This document shows, in pieces, positions 39,433-41,091 of a DNA stretch of 41,091 nt. Source of the DNA: an uncultured bacterium (GTDB lineage Bacteria; Chloroflexota; Limnocylindria; QHBO01); contig CBFGSY010000002.1 of NCBI GenBank assembly GCA_965651545.1, forward strand, positions 1-41,091, written 5' to 3'. Position numbers and translations under genes: made by a program. The notes below the pieces were generated by a model. That model did not search any database. It was not told where the DNA came from and saw nothing but the letters and a program-made list of their open reading frames with translations. Position 1 is the first letter of the stretch; each line of letters begins with the position of its first letter.

Positions 39433-41091
39433 ATGCAGCTCGGGATCCCGTACTACCCGCTGATCGCCCTCCCGCTCATCGTCGCCGGATACCTGTTCTG
39501 GCGCCGGATGCGCTACCACATGGCCGTCCTGCGCAGCGGACAGCCGCTCGGCCGGACCGACCAGCCGCTGCGACGGATCTGGGGCTTCCTCGTTTACGTG
39601 ATCGCGCAGAAGCGGTTGCTGCAGGACCCGGTGCCGGGCTTGATGCATGCCTTCATCTTCTGGGGCTTCGTCGCCCTGCTGGTCACCACCGGCAATTACC
39701 TCACCAACGGCCTCGTCGAGACGGTGCTGGCGTGGCCGGTCGGTGGGCTGCTGTGGACGGTGGCGGTGGGGCTGGCCAACCTGTTCATCGGTCTGGTGCT
39801 GGTCGGCCTGCTGATGGCGGTCGGCCGCCGGGTGGTGACCCGGCCGGCGCGGCTGGCCCTCTCGCGCGACGCGTTCGTCATCCTGGCCATGATCCTGGCG
39901 GTGGTCACCACCGAGCTGGTGGGTGACGCCCTGCGCTTCGTGGCCGAGCCGGAGGCCGGCGGACGGGCGCTGGCCTTCCTGGCGGGGCCGCTGGCCGGTG
40001 TGCTGGAGCCCATCGGCCCCGGCACTGCCGAGGCCGCGTTTGGCGTCTTTGGCTGGCTGCACATCGGCTTCGTGCTCGCCTTCGGCGTGTACCTGCCGTT
40101 CAGCAAGCACCTGCACATCCTGACCAGCGAGCCGAACGTGTACTTCCGCAACCTGGAGCCGCGCGGCGCGTTGCGCAAGATGGACCTGGAGGCGGAGCCG
40201 CCGGAGGGCGAGGAGCCCGTCTTCGGCGCGAAGAGCCTGAAGGACCTCACCTGGCGCCACCTGCTCGACGGGCTGTCGTGCACCGAGTGCGGCCGCTGCA
40301 TGGAGTTCTGCCCTGCCAGCCTGACGGGCAAGACGCTCAGCCCCAAGCACTTCATGGAGGGGCTGCGCGACCAGATCGTGATGGCCGAGACCGCGCTGGC
40401 AGCCGCGGCATCGGCCCAACGGGCGGCCAGGGGGGGGGCCAACGGCGGCGTGGACGCATCGGACGCTGCGCTCGGGATGGCACGCGAACGCGCGCGCGAG
40501 GCGCTGGAGCTGCCGCTGGTGGATAACGCCATCCCGGAGGAGGCCGTCTGGCAGTGCACCACCTGCGGCTGGTGTGTCGAGGGCTGCCCGGTGCTCATCG
40601 AGCACGTCGACAGCATCGTCGAGATCCGGCGCAACCTGGTCCTGGAGGAGTCGCGCTTCCCGAAGGAGCTGAACGCCGCCTTCCGCAACATGGAGACCGC
40701 CGGCAACCCGTGGGGTCAGCCGAAATCGGCGCGTCTCGACTGGGCCAAGGGTCTCGAGGTGTCGGTCGTCGGCCGCGACCCGTTGCCGGCGCCGCCGCCA
40801 CGGGCGCCGGACGGGCCGTGGCGCACGATCTACGGCCGGGGCCGCCAGGATGGGCCGATCCTCTACTGGGTCGGCTGTGCGGGCGCCTTCGACGACCGCA
40901 ACCGGCGCGTGGTGCGGGCGATGGCCCAGCTGCTGCGGCAGGCCGGCGTGCCGTTCGCCGTGCTGGGCTCTGGCGAGACGTGCAGTGGCGATCCGGCTCG
41001 GCGAGCCGGCAATGAGTACCTCTTCCAGATGCTGGCCGAGGAGAACGTGGCGACTCTCACCGACGCGCACACGCTGCACGGCGTGCGAACC
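39433..41091 (+). CDS. membrane-bound (Fe-S)-binding oxidoreductase: N-terminal polytopic (NarI/HdrE-like) domain, two 4Fe-4S motifs and a CCG domain (HdrD/GlpC/DsrK-like); 3' end off-window
   Basis: This ORF is not in the track because no stop is reached. My own translation from ATG 39433 stays open for 553 codons to the window edge. It reads MQLGIPYYPLIALPLIVAGYLFW..., CTECGRCMEFCP, CTTCGWCVEGCP, NPWGQP, and LYWVGCAGAFDDRN...ETCSGDPARRAGNEY. Confidence 0.85.
   Translation, partial: MQLGIPYYPLIALPLIVAGYLFWRRMRYHMAVLRSGQPLGRTDQPLRRIWGFLVYVIAQKRLLQDPVPGLMHAFIFWGFVALLVTTGNYLTNGLVETVLAWPVGGLLWTVAVGLANLFIGLVLVGLLMAVGRRVVTRPARLALSRDAFVILAMILAVVTTELVGDALRFVAEPEAGGRALAFLAGPLAGVLEPIGPGTAEAAFGVFGWLHIGFVLAFGVYLPFSKHLHILTSEPNVYFRNLEPRGALRKMDLEAEPPEGEEPVFGAKSLKDLTWRHLLDGLSCTECGRCMEFCPASLTGKTLSPKHFMEGLRDQIVMAETALAAAASAQRAARGGANGGVDASDAALGMARERAREALELPLVDNAIPEEAVWQCTTCGWCVEGCPVLIEHVDSIVEIRRNLVLEESRFPKELNAAFRNMETAGNPWGQPKSARLDWAKGLEVSVVGRDPLPAPPPRAPDGPWRTIYGRGRQDGPILYWVGCAGAFDDRNRRVVRAMAQLLRQAGVPFAVLGSGETCSGDPARRAGNEYLFQMLAEENVATLTDAHTLHGVRT

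Noticed and set aside
38890-41079. A 729-aa minus-strand ORF, the longest ORF in the track for this region.
   Set aside because: The plus strand from ATG 39433 translates into a clean membrane Fe-S oxidoreductase (CxxCxxCxxxCP twice, plus a CCG domain). That frame simply has no stop before the window edge, so it is missing from the track. The minus ORF is low-complexity and also overlaps the BNR gene end.

Overview
This is a very GC-rich bacterial chromosomal segment. GC content was judged by eye, not computed. The gene order resembles Actinobacteria or Chloroflexi, but the taxon cannot be fixed from the sequence alone.

Backbone: an almost continuous plus-strand run of housekeeping genes.
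- dxs (5' partial), tlyA, a small RHH gene, nadK, recN, xerD.
- A PH/SHOCT membrane protein, purine nucleoside phosphorylase, a minimal M50 protease and an HD protein.
- scpA, scpB, an rluB::cmk fusion and plsC.
- ispH, der, an ArsA/Get3-like ATPase, gpsA and tRNA-Pro(GGG).
- A guanine-deaminase-like amidohydrolase, two small membrane proteins and an M50/CBS protease.
- moeA, a moaC::mog fusion, a BNR/sialidase-like exported protein and a membrane Fe-S oxidoreductase (3' partial).

Many gene junctions overlap by 1-8 nt (GTGA/ATGA type), which indicates translational coupling. Several operon heads have a TANNNT hexamer 7-12 nt upstream of the start codon and no Shine-Dalgarno sequence, which looks leaderless or short-leader.

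Accessory patches interrupting the backbone:
1. A single XRE-HTH gene at 14.2-15.2 kb, bracketed by imperfect direct repeats of about 75-100 bp that carry TATGAC-N6-GTCATA palindromes.
2. A minus-strand GT4 glycosyltransferase / PD40 lipoprotein operon. It is divergent from a tandem pair of ~1060-aa zinc-ribbon / class III cyclase / STAND ATPase / TPR proteins (17.7-24.1 kb). The effector and NTPase halves of the pair are strongly conserved, and the C-terminal repeat halves have diverged. This pair is my top candidate for an uncharacterised signalling or immune-like system.
3. An ArsA-like ATPase plus an overlapping small ORF, wedged between der and gpsA.
4. A decayed islet next to tRNA-Pro (28.8-30.9 kb). 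It holds a degenerate copy of the tRNA 3' end, a beta-propeller gene, a stop-interrupted LLM-oxidoreductase remnant, an ABM-like gene and an orphan cyclase C-terminal fragment.

I saw no rRNA, CRISPR array, integrase or transposase. The many long antisense ORFs in the track are GC-driven shadows.
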